Shown here: one piece after another, positions 40,756 through 51,418 of the stretch
Numbering within the stretch: the stretch's first letter is position 1
Layout of the letters: each line of letters begins with the position of its first letter
DNA from: Trueperaceae bacterium
GTDB lineage: Bacteria > Deinococcota > Deinococci > Deinococcales > Trueperaceae
Direction: 5' to 3'
Length of the DNA: 64,000 nucleotides
Assembly (NCBI GenBank): GCA_965214405.1
Contig: OZ243956.1
Span: forward strand, 4,320,001-4,384,000
The notes under the pieces: model-generated
Told to the model about the DNA's origin: nothing
Seen by the model: only the letters and a program-made list of their open reading frames with translations
Databases searched by the model: none
Program-made: the position numbers and the translations under genes

Positions 40756-40869
40756 TAGCAGGTGTCATCTGGTTTGAGCGAGATTCAGTCTGTACCTTAC
40801 TGTATCGACTGTACAAGACGTAGTTTGAGAGATGGTACCTGCCTGAACTCACTGTCTCCAAAACCGCTG
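40756..40869 (+). mobile_element. MITE-like structured repeat, copy 2 (114 bp)
   Basis: First 35 nt match copy 1 at 33 positions; shares TACCTGC..CTGAACTCACT..AAAACCGCT. Confidence 0.7.
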
Positions 40870-40902
40870 TAAACCTGCTTAGTCACCTTGTAGCGCCCAA
40901 CC

Positions 40903-42213
40903 CTAACGTCCCAACCTGGGTCCCGCGCCGCGACCGGGGGGACGGCGGCCCATCTGCTTCATCATCTTTTTCATGCCCTCATAGTTTTTCATGAGCCGGT
41001 TTACGTCCTGGACGGTCGTGCCCGAGCCCGCGGCGATGCGCTTGCGGCGGCTCGCGTTGAGAAGGGCGGGTTTGCGGCGCTCGCGGTCGGTCATGCTCGA
41101 GATGATCGCCTCGACCCGCGCAATCTCGCGCTCGTCGATCTCAGCGCCGCCCAAGAGCTTGTTGGCCCCTGGGATGAGCTTGATAATGTCTGAAAACGAG
41201 CCCATCCGCTTGATTTTTTGCATCTGCGTGAGCATGTCTTGCAGCGTAAAGTCCTTGAGGCTCTTGATGTCCTCTTCGTCGTCGCCCTCGAGCACCTTGG
41301 CTTTTTCAATGAGCGTCATCACGTCGCCCATGCCCAGGATGCGCCCGGCGACGCGGTCGGGATAGAAGGGCTCCAAACCGTCCACGCGCTCGCTCATCCC
41401 GGCAAAATAGATGGGCTTACCCGTGACGTGTTTGGCGGATAAGGCCGCGCCGCCCCGCGCGTCGCCGTCGAGCTTGGTCATCACGAGTCCGGTAAGGCCG
41501 ATGCGCGCGTCAAAGGCGGTCGCCACGGGCAAGGATTGCTGACCCGTCATCGCGTCCACGACCAGCATCGCCTCGCTCGGTTTGAGCACCTCTTTAAGGT
41601 CGGCGAGCGCGTCCATGAGATTTTCGTCAATCTGCAAGCGTCCCGCCGTGTCGACGATGACGAGGTCGCGGTAATTTGTTCTCAAGTACGCGTCAAGACG
41701 CTCTTTGGTGCGCTTGGGCGTCTCGTTGTCTTCCACTTCCAGCACCGGCACGTTGATTTGACTCCCCAAAACGCGCAACTGGTCGCGCGCCGCGGGGCGC
41801 TGCGTGTCGGCGGCGACCAGGAGCGGCCTGCGACCCTGAGACTTGTACTTGTACGCGAGCTTGCCCGCGGTGGTCGTTTTACCCGCGCCCTGGAGCCCCA
41901 CGAGCATCCACACGTTACCTTCGTTTTTGAGGTCCGGCTGCACCGCTTTACCGCCCAGGATGCTCACCAGCTCGTCGTGAACGATTGAAATCACGCGCTG
42001 GTCGGGCTGGAGCGACATCAGCACTTCGGAGCCGATGGCTTTTTCTTGAACGCGCCGGGTAAATTCCTTGGCGACGTCTAGGTTCACGTCCGCCTCGAGT
42101 AGCGCAATACGCACCTCGCGCAACGCCGCCTTGACCTCGCCCTCGGTCAGTTTGCCGCGCCCGCGCAGGCCGTCGAATACGGTTTGAAGTCTGTCGCCTA
42201 AACTCTGAAACAT
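40903..42213 (-). CDS. ffh: Signal recognition particle protein
   Basis: [40 protein letters not shown]. Confidence 0.98.
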   Translation of the reverse strand: MFQSLGDRLQTVFDGLRGRGKLTEGEVKAALREVRIALLEADVNLDVAKEFTRRVQEKAIGSEVLMSLQPDQRVISIVHDELVSILGGKAVQPDLKNEGNVWMLVGLQGAGKTTTAGKLAYKYKSQGRRPLLVAADTQRPAARDQLRVLGSQINVPVLEVEDNETPKRTKERLDAYLRTNYRDLVIVDTAGRLQIDENLMDALADLKEVLKPSEAMLVVDAMTGQQSLPVATAFDARIGLTGLVMTKLDGDARGGAALSAKHVTGKPIYFAGMSERVDGLEPFYPDRVAGRILGMGDVMTLIEKAKVLEGDDEEDIKSLKDFTLQDMLTQMQKIKRMGSFSDIIKLIPGANKLLGGAEIDEREIARVEAIISSMTDRERRKPALLNASRRKRIAAGSGTTVQDVNRLMKNYEGMKKMMKQMGRRPPGRGAGPRLGR

Positions 42214-42397
42214 AGCCTAAAAGTGTCCTAACCGCCCTCTGGGGCATCTAAGTAAGCGTAACGGATGGGGGGGTAAAGGTCAAGAAAATGTGGACTTTTG
42301 AACCAGGAGCTGGGCTCGAGCCTACGCGTAAAGAGACGGCAAAGACAAAAGGCGACTTTGCAGCCGCCTTCATTATCCGCTTACTGCCTTATAAAGG

Positions 42398-42685
42398 TTA
42401 AGAAAGGCTAATGCCCTTGCTCTTATCAAACGCCAGATGCCCCGCGATATTTTTCGCGGCCTCTTTGGGTTCCGGATAAGACCACGCGGCGTCCTCGAGG
42501 GTTTCGCCGTCAACGTCCAGGTGAAAATACTGCGCGTCGCCCTTCCAGGGGCAGGTGTACTGGGTGCTGCTCTCCTTGAAAAGCGACATATCGACGCTCT
42601 CTCTGGGGAAGTAGTGGTTGCCCTCGACCTGCTCGGTCTCGCTACTCTCGGCAAGCGTGGTGGAATCGAAGATTGCTTTCGGCAT
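42398..42685 (-). CDS. DUF427 family protein
   Basis: VEGNHYFP, CPWKG.A.Y, AAWSYPEPK. Confidence 0.92.
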   Translation of the reverse strand: MPKAIFDSTTLAESSETEQVEGNHYFPRESVDMSLFKESSTQYTCPWKGDAQYFHLDVDGETLEDAAWSYPEPKEAAKNIAGHLAFDKSKGISLS

Positions 42686-42874
42686 GTTGAACCTCCTCTA
42701 CCCACTTTAAGAAGAACGGCGTGCCGACATCTCATTTCGTCCTACAGACCCGTCTTCAAAATCTGGAAGTCGCGCTTACCGTTGATGCTGAACGTGCGGG
42801 CGCGCGGAGGCTGGCTCGAGCCCAACAACGCGTGAAAAAACCCTCTTTGACGCGCGTTGCTATATACTCCTCTC

Positions 42875-43642
42875 ATGGCTGAAGTTTGGGCACAACTCGC
42901 CGCTCCCTTTCCCCGCGACGCGCTGACGTGGCGGGTGGTCGAGCTTTCGGAGGACGGTCTCAGGGCGCGCGTGGAACCTCATGTGCGCGCTCCCGCTCTC
43001 GTGGCGCGGCTCGATGAAGTTCTGACCATGTCCGGCTGGTCCAACACTTACGCGCCCGTGGGCGTACACGCGCTCCTCTGCACCCTTACCATTATGGACG
43101 TGACCAAGTCGGTAGTCGTCGCGCTGCCTGCGGGGTCTGAGGGGGCGGCTCGAGGGGAGAGCGCAGGGACGCGCGCCGACGACGCCCTGGCGCGCGCCGC
43201 CGAACGTTTCGGGATGCGCCCGCCCGTGAGCGCCGAGGCGAGCTACTGGGTTGATTATGACCCCGAGGCGGGTGAGCCTCTTTACGAACCGGAGGCCGTT
43301 GGGGCGTCTCTGTCAGACGTCCAGCCAAGCTCTCAGCCGGACGCTCTGCCGGACTCACAACCGGACTTCCCCCAAACCTCACAGCCAGCGCGTCCGGCAC
43401 AAGTTCCAGTGCAACCGGCGCAAGAAAAGGTACAGGCTCCTCAACCGCCCGCCCCGCCTGCCAAATCGGCGGGCCAGCAGGCCATCGACCGGCTTGTCGA
43501 CAGGCTCAAGGAGGAGGGGCGGGGGCTCGAGGCTGCCAAACTCCTCACCGCCTATAAGGGTTACGGCGGGGATCCGGGGGAGGCCAGGGAGCTCTACGCT
43601 AAACTGAGGGCTTTACTGTTGGGGGACGGCGCACCCTCCTGA
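42875..43642 (+). CDS. Rad52/Rad22-like (DdrA-paralogue-like) protein
   Basis: LAAPFP...WRV, RLDEVL...GWS, ALARAAERFG; Q/P-rich linker; helical C-terminal domain; ATG 6 nt after TATACT. Confidence 0.72.
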   Translation: MAEVWAQLAAPFPRDALTWRVVELSEDGLRARVEPHVRAPALVARLDEVLTMSGWSNTYAPVGVHALLCTLTIMDVTKSVVVALPAGSEGAARGESAGTRADDALARAAERFGMRPPVSAEASYWVDYDPEAGEPLYEPEAVGASLSDVQPSSQPDALPDSQPDFPQTSQPARPAQVPVQPAQEKVQAPQPPAPPAKSAGQQAIDRLVDRLKEEGRGLEAAKLLTAYKGYGGDPGEARELYAKLRALLLGDGAPS

Positions 43643-43741
43643 AAAATTTCATGTCATGAGTCGGGTTGCGAGTTAGCTTTCATACCCCTTCAAGGTTCTC
43701 CATCCTGCAAAATGTGGTGTGAGTGCGATGAGGGAACCCGG

Positions 43742-44491
43742 ATGATCAAAGTAATAGCCGTAGGCGACGTGCATGGACAGTGGGCCGACCTGTGGCGCGC
43801 GTTACGAGAAGCGCTCGCCGCCGACAGCATGTGCGAACCCACCGCGCAGGTTTTGGATGGCCGCTTTCAGGTAGTGGTGATGGGCGACCTCGTTCACTAC
43901 AAAGACTTTGAAACCTACGCGCACGCGGTCGGCGAAGAATACTACGACCCCAAAAATCCCGACCAGCTCAAGCGCGCCGCCAAAGCGCAGATCCGCGAGC
44001 TCTACCGCTTCAAGCGCTACGTAGACAAAGCGCAGGGAAACGTCACCGTAATTTTGGGCAACCACGACGAGGCGGCGAGCCGGTGTACCTACAACTTGAG
44101 CACCAGGGGCGGCCTTAGCCACAACGAGTTTGATGAGGCGAGGGGCGGCTTAGCGCTGCCTCAAGACCTGGCCGAATGGCTCCAAAGCTTTGTCCGCGAG
44201 CGTAACCTTTACGGCGTTCAGTTCGCCCACGCAGGGCCGCTACCGGGAATGCAGTATTTCGACGACTTTTTCTATCACGACGGCGACACCAAAAAGTGGT
44301 GGCGGCAAAAGCCCGAACTCGCCCGGCAGTCGGGCCACCGCTTCGGCGTGTACGGTCACACGGTGATGGAAGAGGGCATCGTGGTTAACAAAGAGCACTG
44401 TTTTGCGATGATTGACGCCCTGTCGCACCGTCAGTATTTCGAGATGTTTTTGGATGAAGACCGGCTCGACTACAGAGTGATGCAGTTTTAG
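43742..44491 (+). CDS. Calcineurin-like metallophosphoesterase
   Basis: GDVHG, GDLV, GNHD, FAHAG, YGHT. Confidence 0.9.
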   Translation: MIKVIAVGDVHGQWADLWRALREALAADSMCEPTAQVLDGRFQVVVMGDLVHYKDFETYAHAVGEEYYDPKNPDQLKRAAKAQIRELYRFKRYVDKAQGNVTVILGNHDEAASRCTYNLSTRGGLSHNEFDEARGGLALPQDLAEWLQSFVRERNLYGVQFAHAGPLPGMQYFDDFFYHDGDTKKWWRQKPELARQSGHRFGVYGHTVMEEGIVVNKEHCFAMIDALSHRQYFEMFLDEDRLDYRVMQF

Positions 44492-44611
44492 GACTTCGCT
44501 GCTCAAGTACGTGCTCGAGCCATGAATCCCAAGCACCGATGGCTTATCCTCTGCGTTTTACCTTCTTGCTACGACAGCCAGTCCAGCAGGAGACAAAATC
44601 TCGTGAAGGGG

Positions 44612-45208
44612 CTACTCAAGCTTATTGACCACCGTCACTGGGTCTTCTAAGCCCGTACTCTGCGCGGCAGGTCCCGACACCTGGGTGGAAAAGCGCCGCA
44701 GCATCCACAACTCGGGGATGACTTCGGACACCAGTTCGCCGTTGTCGAACACGCGCACCAGCGAACTTTCGGAGACGACCACGGCGACGGCCTCGGTCAT
44801 CCGGGTAATCGAGGCCGCGGCCATGTGGCGGCTGCCTAGACCGAGCGGGAGGTCGACGCCCTCGGCGGTGGCGCTAAGGTAGCGGCAGGCGGAAATGGCG
44901 GTGCCGCTTCCCGAAATCACAAACGCGCCGTCAAGTTGGGCCAACTCTTTGAGCGTTTCGCGCAGGTTGGGGTCCTCGATGTTTTTGAGCGCGTCCGGGT
45001 GACCCGCCAGCGGGTCTAGAATGAGGCTGCGGGAGCGCCTCAACACTTCATGGCTGTCTGCGACGGTAAAAATCGTGCCGATTTTGCGCCCTTCACGGCC
45101 CTCTCGAGCGATTTCGATGGCGAGTAGGACGACGGACTCGAGCACCTGAGGGTTCACCTCGCGCTTGGTCAAGAACTCCTTGTCGAACAGGCCTGATTTA
45201 GAAAACAT
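44612..45208 (-). CDS. Diadenylate cyclase (DisA_N/DAC), CdaZ/DacZ-like, stand-alone
   Basis: REGREGRKIGTIF, ELAQLDGAFVI, GLGSRHMAAASIT, AVVVSES. Confidence 0.85.
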   Translation of the reverse strand: MFSKSGLFDKEFLTKREVNPQVLESVVLLAIEIAREGREGRKIGTIFTVADSHEVLRRSRSLILDPLAGHPDALKNIEDPNLRETLKELAQLDGAFVISGSGTAISACRYLSATAEGVDLPLGLGSRHMAAASITRMTEAVAVVVSESSLVRVFDNGELVSEVIPELWMLRRFSTQVSGPAAQSTGLEDPVTVVNKLE

Positions 45209-45367
45209 CGTGATGCGTCCTCATATCTCTACAAACTAACTCACGTTCTGCAAACATCCGTGTTGGCTGGAAGCGAGATAGGGAGCGGGGAGATGGGATG
45301 TTGGGGCGCAGTTAAAGCTCATCCTCCCCACGACCCACCTCCCAATCCCCACAGCGACTTTCACCCC

Positions 45368-46111
45368 CTAAAGCGAATATCCCCCGTTTTCATCATCGCG
45401 CACGAGCTGACCGTTGCGCAAGACGAGGGTGCGGCGGCGCATGGTGTCGACGAGTTCGCGCGAGTGGGTTGCGACCACGACGGTCGTGCCCTTGATGTTG
45501 ACGTCGTTGAGCACGCCCAGAATCTCCCGGCTCGTTTCGGGGTCAAGGTTGCCCGTCGGCTCGTCGCACAGCAGAAGCGCGGGGTTGGTGACGAGCGCGC
45601 GAGCGATGGCGACGCGTTGCTGCTCGCCAAGCGAAAGCTCGATGGGATACGCTTTGCGCTTGTGCGCTAATCCTACGTGGCGCAGCGCCACGAGCGCGCG
45701 GTTTTCTAGGTCGCCCCGCTCACCCGTCGCCTTGAGCGCAAAGGTGAGGTTTTGCAGCGCGTCCAAGTTGATGAGCAAGCGGTGGTTTTGAAACACCATC
45801 CCCATCCGGCGCCGCAGCAGAGGCAGCTTACGGGTGCGCAGGTCGCGCAAGTCCTGACCCAAAATGAACACGCTCCCCTCGGTGGGGGTGATGCGCCGCA
45901 GCACGAGCGACAACAGCGTCGACTTGCCCGCGCCCGAGTGGCCGGTAATGTAGACGAACTCGCCCTTGCGGATTTTGAAGTCCACGTTTTTTAGCGCGTG
46001 CGTGTGGGTGCGCGGATAGGTTTTGGTCACGTTCTGAAAGTGGATGAGGGGGTCCTCTTGTTTCGCGGGACGCCTCACGGCGTAGGCGGTGTTTCTCTGA
46101 ACGTCTGTCAC
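45368..46111 (-). CDS. ftsE: Cell-division ATP-binding protein FtsE
   Basis: [51 protein letters not shown] end. Confidence 0.88.
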   Translation of the reverse strand: MTDVQRNTAYAVRRPAKQEDPLIHFQNVTKTYPRTHTHALKNVDFKIRKGEFVYITGHSGAGKSTLLSLVLRRITPTEGSVFILGQDLRDLRTRKLPLLRRRMGMVFQNHRLLINLDALQNLTFALKATGERGDLENRALVALRHVGLAHKRKAYPIELSLGEQQRVAIARALVTNPALLLCDEPTGNLDPETSREILGVLNDVNIKGTTVVVATHSRELVDTMRRRTLVLRNGQLVRDDENGGYSL

Positions 46112-46132
46112 GGAAGTCTCCTCACGCTCATG

Positions 46133-47065
46133 CTACCGCGCGCGGGCCGAAAGCGCCTCGAAGAGAAGCTTGGACGCGCCCTCGGCGTCTATCTTGTAGG
46201 CGACTTTCACGTTACCGCCCGCGCTTTCCTTGACGCCGCGCTCGTCGACCACCGTCATGCCGCGCGTGTGCGCGCCCGCGCATTCGACCGCCACGTGACG
46301 CACGCCGAACTCGAGCAGCTCGGGGTGCGAGAGCGCCAGCACCGCGCAGGGGTCGTGCAGCGGACCTTCCGCGCGACCCGAAAACTTTTTACCGTAGGCC
46401 TGACCGTAATAGGTGAGCATGTCTGCGACAAACGTCGCCGCGTCGCCTCCTACCTCGCGGATGCGCCCGACTGTTTCCTCATCAATCAGCCACTGGTGCG
46501 TCACGTTGAGGCCGCACATGATGAGCGGCGCGCCGCTCCGAAACACGATGTCCGCCGCCTCGGGGTCGGCCCAGATGTTGAACTCGGCGACCGGCGTGAC
46601 GTTGCCAAACCCCGCGCTCCCGCCCATGATCGACACGCCGCCCAGCTTGCTCGCCAAATCGGGCGCGGTGCGTAGCGCCAAGGCGACGTTGGTCAAGGGA
46701 CCCACCGCGACGAGCCACACGTCATCTTGCGCGCGAACCGTGTCGATGATAAAGCGCACCGCGTCCTCTCCGGCGGCCTGACGCGTTAGGTCCGGCAACT
46801 CCGGCCCGCCCAGCCCCGTCTCGCCGTGGATGAACGCGGCGTGCTGCGCCTCGGCGACGAGCGGGCGGTCTGCGCCCGCGTAGACGGGCACGTCGAGCCC
46901 GTAAATCTGCGCGCTGATAAGCGCGTTGTGGGTGGTGAGGTGCAGGGGCGCGTTGCCGCTCACGGTGGTGACGCCCAGGAGGTCGCAGGTGTGGGCGGCC
47001 AAAAGGAGCGCCACGGCGTCGTCGTGGCCGGGGTCGCAGTCGAGGATGATGCGGGGGGTTGGCAT
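46133..47065 (-). CDS. Nucleoside hydrolase (IU-NH/Rih family)
   Basis: LDCDPGHDDA, IHGETGL, GPLTN, AEFNIWADPEAA, LHDP. Confidence 0.95.
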   Translation of the reverse strand: MPTPRIILDCDPGHDDAVALLLAAHTCDLLGVTTVSGNAPLHLTTHNALISAQIYGLDVPVYAGADRPLVAEAQHAAFIHGETGLGGPELPDLTRQAAGEDAVRFIIDTVRAQDDVWLVAVGPLTNVALALRTAPDLASKLGGVSIMGGSAGFGNVTPVAEFNIWADPEAADIVFRSGAPLIMCGLNVTHQWLIDEETVGRIREVGGDAATFVADMLTYYGQAYGKKFSGRAEGPLHDPCAVLALSHPELLEFGVRHVAVECAGAHTRGMTVVDERGVKESAGGNVKVAYKIDAEGASKLLFEALSARAR

Positions 47066-47195
47066 AGGGTTTTATACCTCAGAACGTGTTGGGGAGGAGG
47101 CGCAGGAAGGTCTTGTCTCCTCCCCTCGTTCCCCATCCGTTTTGGGTAGCAACCTTCAAAGGCTACCGTTGACCACGGAACCGCATCTCTTGCTA

Positions 47196-47219
47196 AACAA
47201 GGGGTTGCAACCCCTTGTT
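47196..47219. repeat. Perfect 24-bp palindrome
   Basis: AACAAGGGGTTGCAACCCCTTGTT is its own reverse complement. Confidence 0.85.
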
Positions 47220-47313
47220 CGACTTAGGCGGAGGTCTCGAGTGAGCCGCTACTTTGTTTGCAAAGCTCGAGCCCCACCCTCCTCCGGACACCTAACGAAC
47301 GCTTGAAAGATAT

Positions 47314-47348
47314 AAAAAGGGCGCACCCTAAATTCGGTGCGCCTTTTT
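47314..47348 (-). terminator. Intrinsic (bidirectional-looking) terminator after gyrA
   Basis: AAAAAG-GGCGCACC-ctaaattc-GGTGCGCC-TTTTT. Confidence 0.85.
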
Positions 47349-47364
47349 CACAAGACAAGCGGGG

Positions 47365-49836
47365 TTAATTGAGGGTGCTTATGTCGGCCCCCTCGAGCAC
47401 CTTGCCCAACTCCTCTTCGGGCAGCATAATCATGACCGACACCACCTTATCGCTCTCGCCCAGGCGCATGATGGTTACGCCCTGCGAGGAGCGCCCGTAA
47501 GAGGACACCTCCGAGACGCGGGTGCGGATGAGCACGCCGCCCTCGGACAGAACGAGCAGTTCCTCGATGCCCGTGACCTTGTCCAGGCTCACCAGGTTCC
47601 CCGTTTTCGAGGTGACCTTGAGCGTGATGACGCCCTGACCGCCGCGCCCCTGGAGCGGGTATTCGGTCAGCAGCGTGCGCTTGCCGTAGCCGCACTCGGT
47701 CACCGCCAAGAGTTCGGCGTCGTCTTTATGCGCCGCGTCGATAACCGACAAACTCACCAGCACGTCGTCCCTTTTGAGCTTGATGCCGCGCACGCCCTGG
47801 GTCGCGCGCCCGGTGTCGCGCACCTCGTCCTCGTGAAAGCGGATCGACTGACCCCCGCGCGTCGCCAAGACCACGTCCGCGTCGCCGCCGCTCACGCTCA
47901 CCGAGACGAGTTCGTCACCCTCGACTAAATTGAGCGCGATAAGCCCCGACGCGTTGATGTTGCCGTATTCGCGAATGGCAGTCTTTTTGACGATGCCCTG
48001 CCGCGTCGCAAAGACGAACGAACCCTCGGCGTCAAAGTCTTTAATGGACAAGACCGTCTCGACTTGCTCCTCGCCCTCCAAGGGCAAGATGTTACGCAAG
48101 TGGTTACCCCGCGCCGCGCGGTCGGCCTCGGGCAGGTCGTAGATTTTCTCGCGGTAGACGCGGCCCTGGTCAGTGAAAAAGAGCAGGTAATCGTGCGTGT
48201 TGCCCACAATCAACAGCTTGTTGATGTCGTCCTCTTTTTGCTTTTGCGCGCTCACGCCGCGCCCGCCCCGCGCCTGCGCCCGGTAGGCCGTCAGCGGCGT
48301 GCGCTTGATGTAACCGCCGCGCGTAAGCGTCACGACCATGTTCTCTTCGGCGATGAGGTCTTCTTTGGAGATGTCGCCCTCTAAATCGCTAATTGCGGTG
48401 CGGCGCTCGTCGCCAAAGTTCTTTTTGATCTCTTTGAGTTCGCCCTTGATGACGCGCCAAAGCTGCGCCTCGTCGCCCAGAATGGCCTCCAAGCGGCCAA
48501 TCTCCTCTTGCAACTCGCGGTATTCGGTCTGGAGCTTGCCGCGCTCGAGCCCCGTCAAGCGCTGGAGCCGCATGTCGAGCACCGCCTGTGCCTGCGCCTC
48601 GGAAAGCTCGAACTGCGTCATGAGCCCGTCGCGCGCGGTCGGCCCGTCTTCGGACGCGCGGATAAGCGCGATAACCTCGTCCATGTGGTCTAGCGCGATG
48701 AGGTAACCCTCTAAGATATGCGCCCGCTCTCGAGCCTTGCGCAGCTCAAAGGCGGTGCGCCGTCGCACCACGTCGGCGCGGTGGTCTAGGAAGAGCCGCA
48801 AGGATTCTTTGAGCGACAAGAGCTGCGGCGAACGACCCACGATGGCTAAGTTGTTGACGCTAAAGGTGCTCTGCAACTGCGTGTATTTGTAAAGCTGATT
48901 CAAGACCAGCTCGGGGTGTGCCCCGCGCTTGAGTTCGAAGACGATGCGCATCCCCGAGCGGTCCGACTCGTCGCGGATGTTCGAGATGTCCTCGATTTTT
49001 TTGTTGCGCACTAAACTCGCGGCGGTCTGGATGAGCGAGGTTTTGTTGACCTGATAGGGGATTTCGGTCACCACGAGCGACTGGCGGTTGTTGCGCTCTT
49101 CGGTGCGGACCCGGCCCCGCAGGCGGATACCGCCGCGCCCCGTCTCAAAGGCGTCGCGGACGCCGTCGGAACTCATCACCCCGCCCGTCGGGAAGTCGGG
49201 GCCCTTGATAAAGGTCATGAGCTTGTCCAGCGTGATGTCGGGCTCGTCGATCATCGCGGTGAGGCCGTCGACGATTTCGCTTAAGTTATGCGGCGCGATG
49301 TTCGTCGCCATGCCCACGGCGATACCCGACGCGCCGTTGACGAGCATGTTGGGCACCGCCGAGGGCAGCACCTCGGGCTCCTGGCCCGCGCCGTCAAAGT
49401 TTTCTCTAAAGGTGACCGTCTCTTTGTCGATGTCGGTCAGCACCGCCTCGGCAATCGCGGTCATGCGCGCTTCGGTGTAGCGCATCGCGGCGGGCGGGTC
49501 GCCGTCAATTGAGCCAAAGTTACCCTGGCCGTCCACCATCGGATAGCGCAGGTTCCAGTTCTGCACCATCCGCGAAATCGCGTCGTAAATCGCCTGGTCG
49601 CCGTGCGGGTGATACTTGCCCATCGTCTCGCCCACGACTTTTGCGGACTTGACGTGTTTACGGTTGGACAAGAGCCCCATCTCGTTCATCGCGTAGAGGA
49701 TGCGCCGCTGCACGGGTTTAAGCCCGTCGCGCACGTCAGGCAGCGCGCGGTCAACAATGACCGACATCGCGTAGTTGATAAAACTCGTTTTGATTTCGTC
49801 CGTGATGGTAATCGGAACGACGTTGCCCTCGTTCAA
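47365..49836 (-). CDS. gyrA: DNA gyrase subunit A
   Basis: [27 protein letters not shown], GyrA-box QARGGRG; TTG start with SD GGAGG. Confidence 0.98.
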   Translation of the reverse strand: MNEGNVVPITITDEIKTSFINYAMSVIVDRALPDVRDGLKPVQRRILYAMNEMGLLSNRKHVKSAKVVGETMGKYHPHGDQAIYDAISRMVQNWNLRYPMVDGQGNFGSIDGDPPAAMRYTEARMTAIAEAVLTDIDKETVTFRENFDGAGQEPEVLPSAVPNMLVNGASGIAVGMATNIAPHNLSEIVDGLTAMIDEPDITLDKLMTFIKGPDFPTGGVMSSDGVRDAFETGRGGIRLRGRVRTEERNNRQSLVVTEIPYQVNKTSLIQTAASLVRNKKIEDISNIRDESDRSGMRIVFELKRGAHPELVLNQLYKYTQLQSTFSVNNLAIVGRSPQLLSLKESLRLFLDHRADVVRRRTAFELRKARERAHILEGYLIALDHMDEVIALIRASEDGPTARDGLMTQFELSEAQAQAVLDMRLQRLTGLERGKLQTEYRELQEEIGRLEAILGDEAQLWRVIKGELKEIKKNFGDERRTAISDLEGDISKEDLIAEENMVVTLTRGGYIKRTPLTAYRAQARGGRGVSAQKQKEDDINKLLIVGNTHDYLLFFTDQGRVYREKIYDLPEADRAARGNHLRNILPLEGEEQVETVLSIKDFDAEGSFVFATRQGIVKKTAIREYGNINASGLIALNLVEGDELVSVSVSGGDADVVLATRGGQSIRFHEDEVRDTGRATQGVRGIKLKRDDVLVSLSVIDAAHKDDAELLAVTECGYGKRTLLTEYPLQGRGGQGVITLKVTSKTGNLVSLDKVTGIEELLVLSEGGVLIRTRVSEVSSYGRSSQGVTIMRLGESDKVVSVMIMLPEEELGKVLEGADISTLN

Positions 49837-50021
49837 AATAAACCTCCTGGGGTGAGTGCATTTTGCAAGGCCGGTAAGGGCGTAGAAACGCTCTCCAGAA
49901 CGTATAAGTTTAACATTTTTGGAGGTTTGGATACAATTCGCAAGCTACCGAAAATAGGGTTGAAAAGAGTCTGTGGGTGCTGGTTGAAGAAGCTCTGGCT
50001 AAGGAAAAGAATGGGGCTCGC

Positions 50022-50720
50022 TTACGGCTCGAGCCTCCCCCGCAACGCCTCCTTACGCGCCCGTCCCGCCCACTGGTGCGCCTGCCGCAAGGGTTCAGGA
50101 AGCTTGGTTGCGCCCGGCAGCGAACGGACGAACGTCAGCGCCTCCTCAAACCCCACCCGGTGACCCGGCGACAGATAGAGCGGGTTGACGCGGGTGCGGG
50201 AGCGGTAGACCCAGCCGATTTGCTCGCCCTTGGCCCTAAGTTCAACCGCCTCCCCCGCCTCCTCGGGAAGGGTGTTCGCCGCTTTGCCGTAGAGCAAACT
50301 TTTCGCTACGCCGATGCTCTGCACGTCCAGATGCACGCCCAGGTGCGCCGCGATGCCCAAGCCTCGAGGGTGCGCGACGCCCTGACCGTCAACCAGGAGC
50401 AAATCGGGTTTTTGAGAGAGTTCCGCCAAAGCCGCTAAATACGCGGGCGCTTCACGGAACGAGAGAAAACCGGGGATGTAGGGAAAAACTTCGTCTGGGT
50501 CCACGGCGGCTGCGCCCACTTCCAACACCCGCCCCTCAGCCAAGTCCCATAGCACCGCCGCAGCCACGATGGGGCCGTCCCGCACGTGCGAGGCGTCGAG
50601 CGCCGCTAACGTGCGGACGTTTTCAGTGTCGCCGGTAAGCACGACCTGTGCGGCCAATTCGCGCTGCAAGCGGCTCGCGGTCTCTAAATCCGGGGGTGTG
50701 GGAAAGGGGAGAGGCTTCAT
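50022..50720 (-). CDS. nfi: Endonuclease V
   Basis: FPYIPGFLSFRE, LVDGQG.AHPR.LGIA.H.G, SIGVAKS, SPGH, KLPEPLR; start moved to ATG 50720. Confidence 0.95.
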   Translation of the reverse strand: MKPLPFPTPPDLETASRLQRELAAQVVLTGDTENVRTLAALDASHVRDGPIVAAAVLWDLAEGRVLEVGAAAVDPDEVFPYIPGFLSFREAPAYLAALAELSQKPDLLLVDGQGVAHPRGLGIAAHLGVHLDVQSIGVAKSLLYGKAANTLPEEAGEAVELRAKGEQIGWVYRSRTRVNPLYLSPGHRVGFEEALTFVRSLPGATKLPEPLRQAHQWAGRARKEALRGRLEP

Positions 50721-50728
50721 AAAAGGTT

Positions 50729-51418
50729 TCAAAAGCGGCGCTTTACGCGCTCCTTGGTCTGGTCCCACATCTTGTAAACAAACGCCTGCGCCGGATGCGT
50801 CCACTCGCCGCCTACTTCGCCCGCGTGGAGCGCCTCGAGCAGGTCGGCGGGACTTGTAACAGGCCGGACGGGCGTCTCTGACCAGGCGCTACCAAGGTCC
50901 TTGACCGTGTGCGCGTCCGAGCCGCCCGACATGGGCAGGCCGCGTTCGGTGGCCCAGGTGCGCGCCGCCTGGTTATAGCGCGGGCGCGAGATGCGGGCGT
51001 TAAAGACCTCGACAATATCAACATCATCCGCGACGCGCCTATGCGCCCCCGGCTGCAACCGGGCGCGTTTGAGGGGGTCAAAACCGTGAGGCAAGAGCAC
51101 CAGCCCACCTTGGGCCTTGATCTGCGCGACGGTCTCCTCGGGGCTGCCCCCCGGTTTGATGTGCTCCTCCAAAAAGAGGCCGATAATCTCGCCTTCGCTG
51201 GTCGTGATTTCTTCCCCGACGATGACGGTTAAGTCTAAGCCCTCCGCCTCAACCATCCTTTTAAGCGCCTGCGCGCCCCAAATCTGGTCGTGATCGGTAA
51301 TCGCCTGAACCTTGATGCCCCGCGCCCGGCAGCGCTCGGGAAACGCCTCTAGGGGCGTTAAACAGTCGTGCGAGGCGAGCGAGTGGCAGTGGAGGTCGAT
51401 GCGCATGGCGTCCGCCAT
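50729..51418 (-). CDS. PHP-domain phosphoesterase
   Basis: DLHCH, ITDHD, GEEI, PHGFD, GGSDAH; ATG overlaps the upstream stop (TAATG). Confidence 0.9.
   Translation of the reverse strand: MADAMRIDLHCHSLASHDCLTPLEAFPERCRARGIKVQAITDHDQIWGAQALKRMVEAEGLDLTVIVGEEITTSEGEIIGLFLEEHIKPGGSPEETVAQIKAQGGLVLLPHGFDPLKRARLQPGAHRRVADDVDIVEVFNARISRPRYNQAARTWATERGLPMSGGSDAHTVKDLGSAWSETPVRPVTSPADLLEALHAGEVGGEWTHPAQAFVYKMWDQTKERVKRRF

Noticed and set aside
49889..49905. Radiation/desiccation response motif upstream of gyrA
   Set aside because: Only the right half (AACGTA) resembles the 17-bp palindrome; the left half does not.
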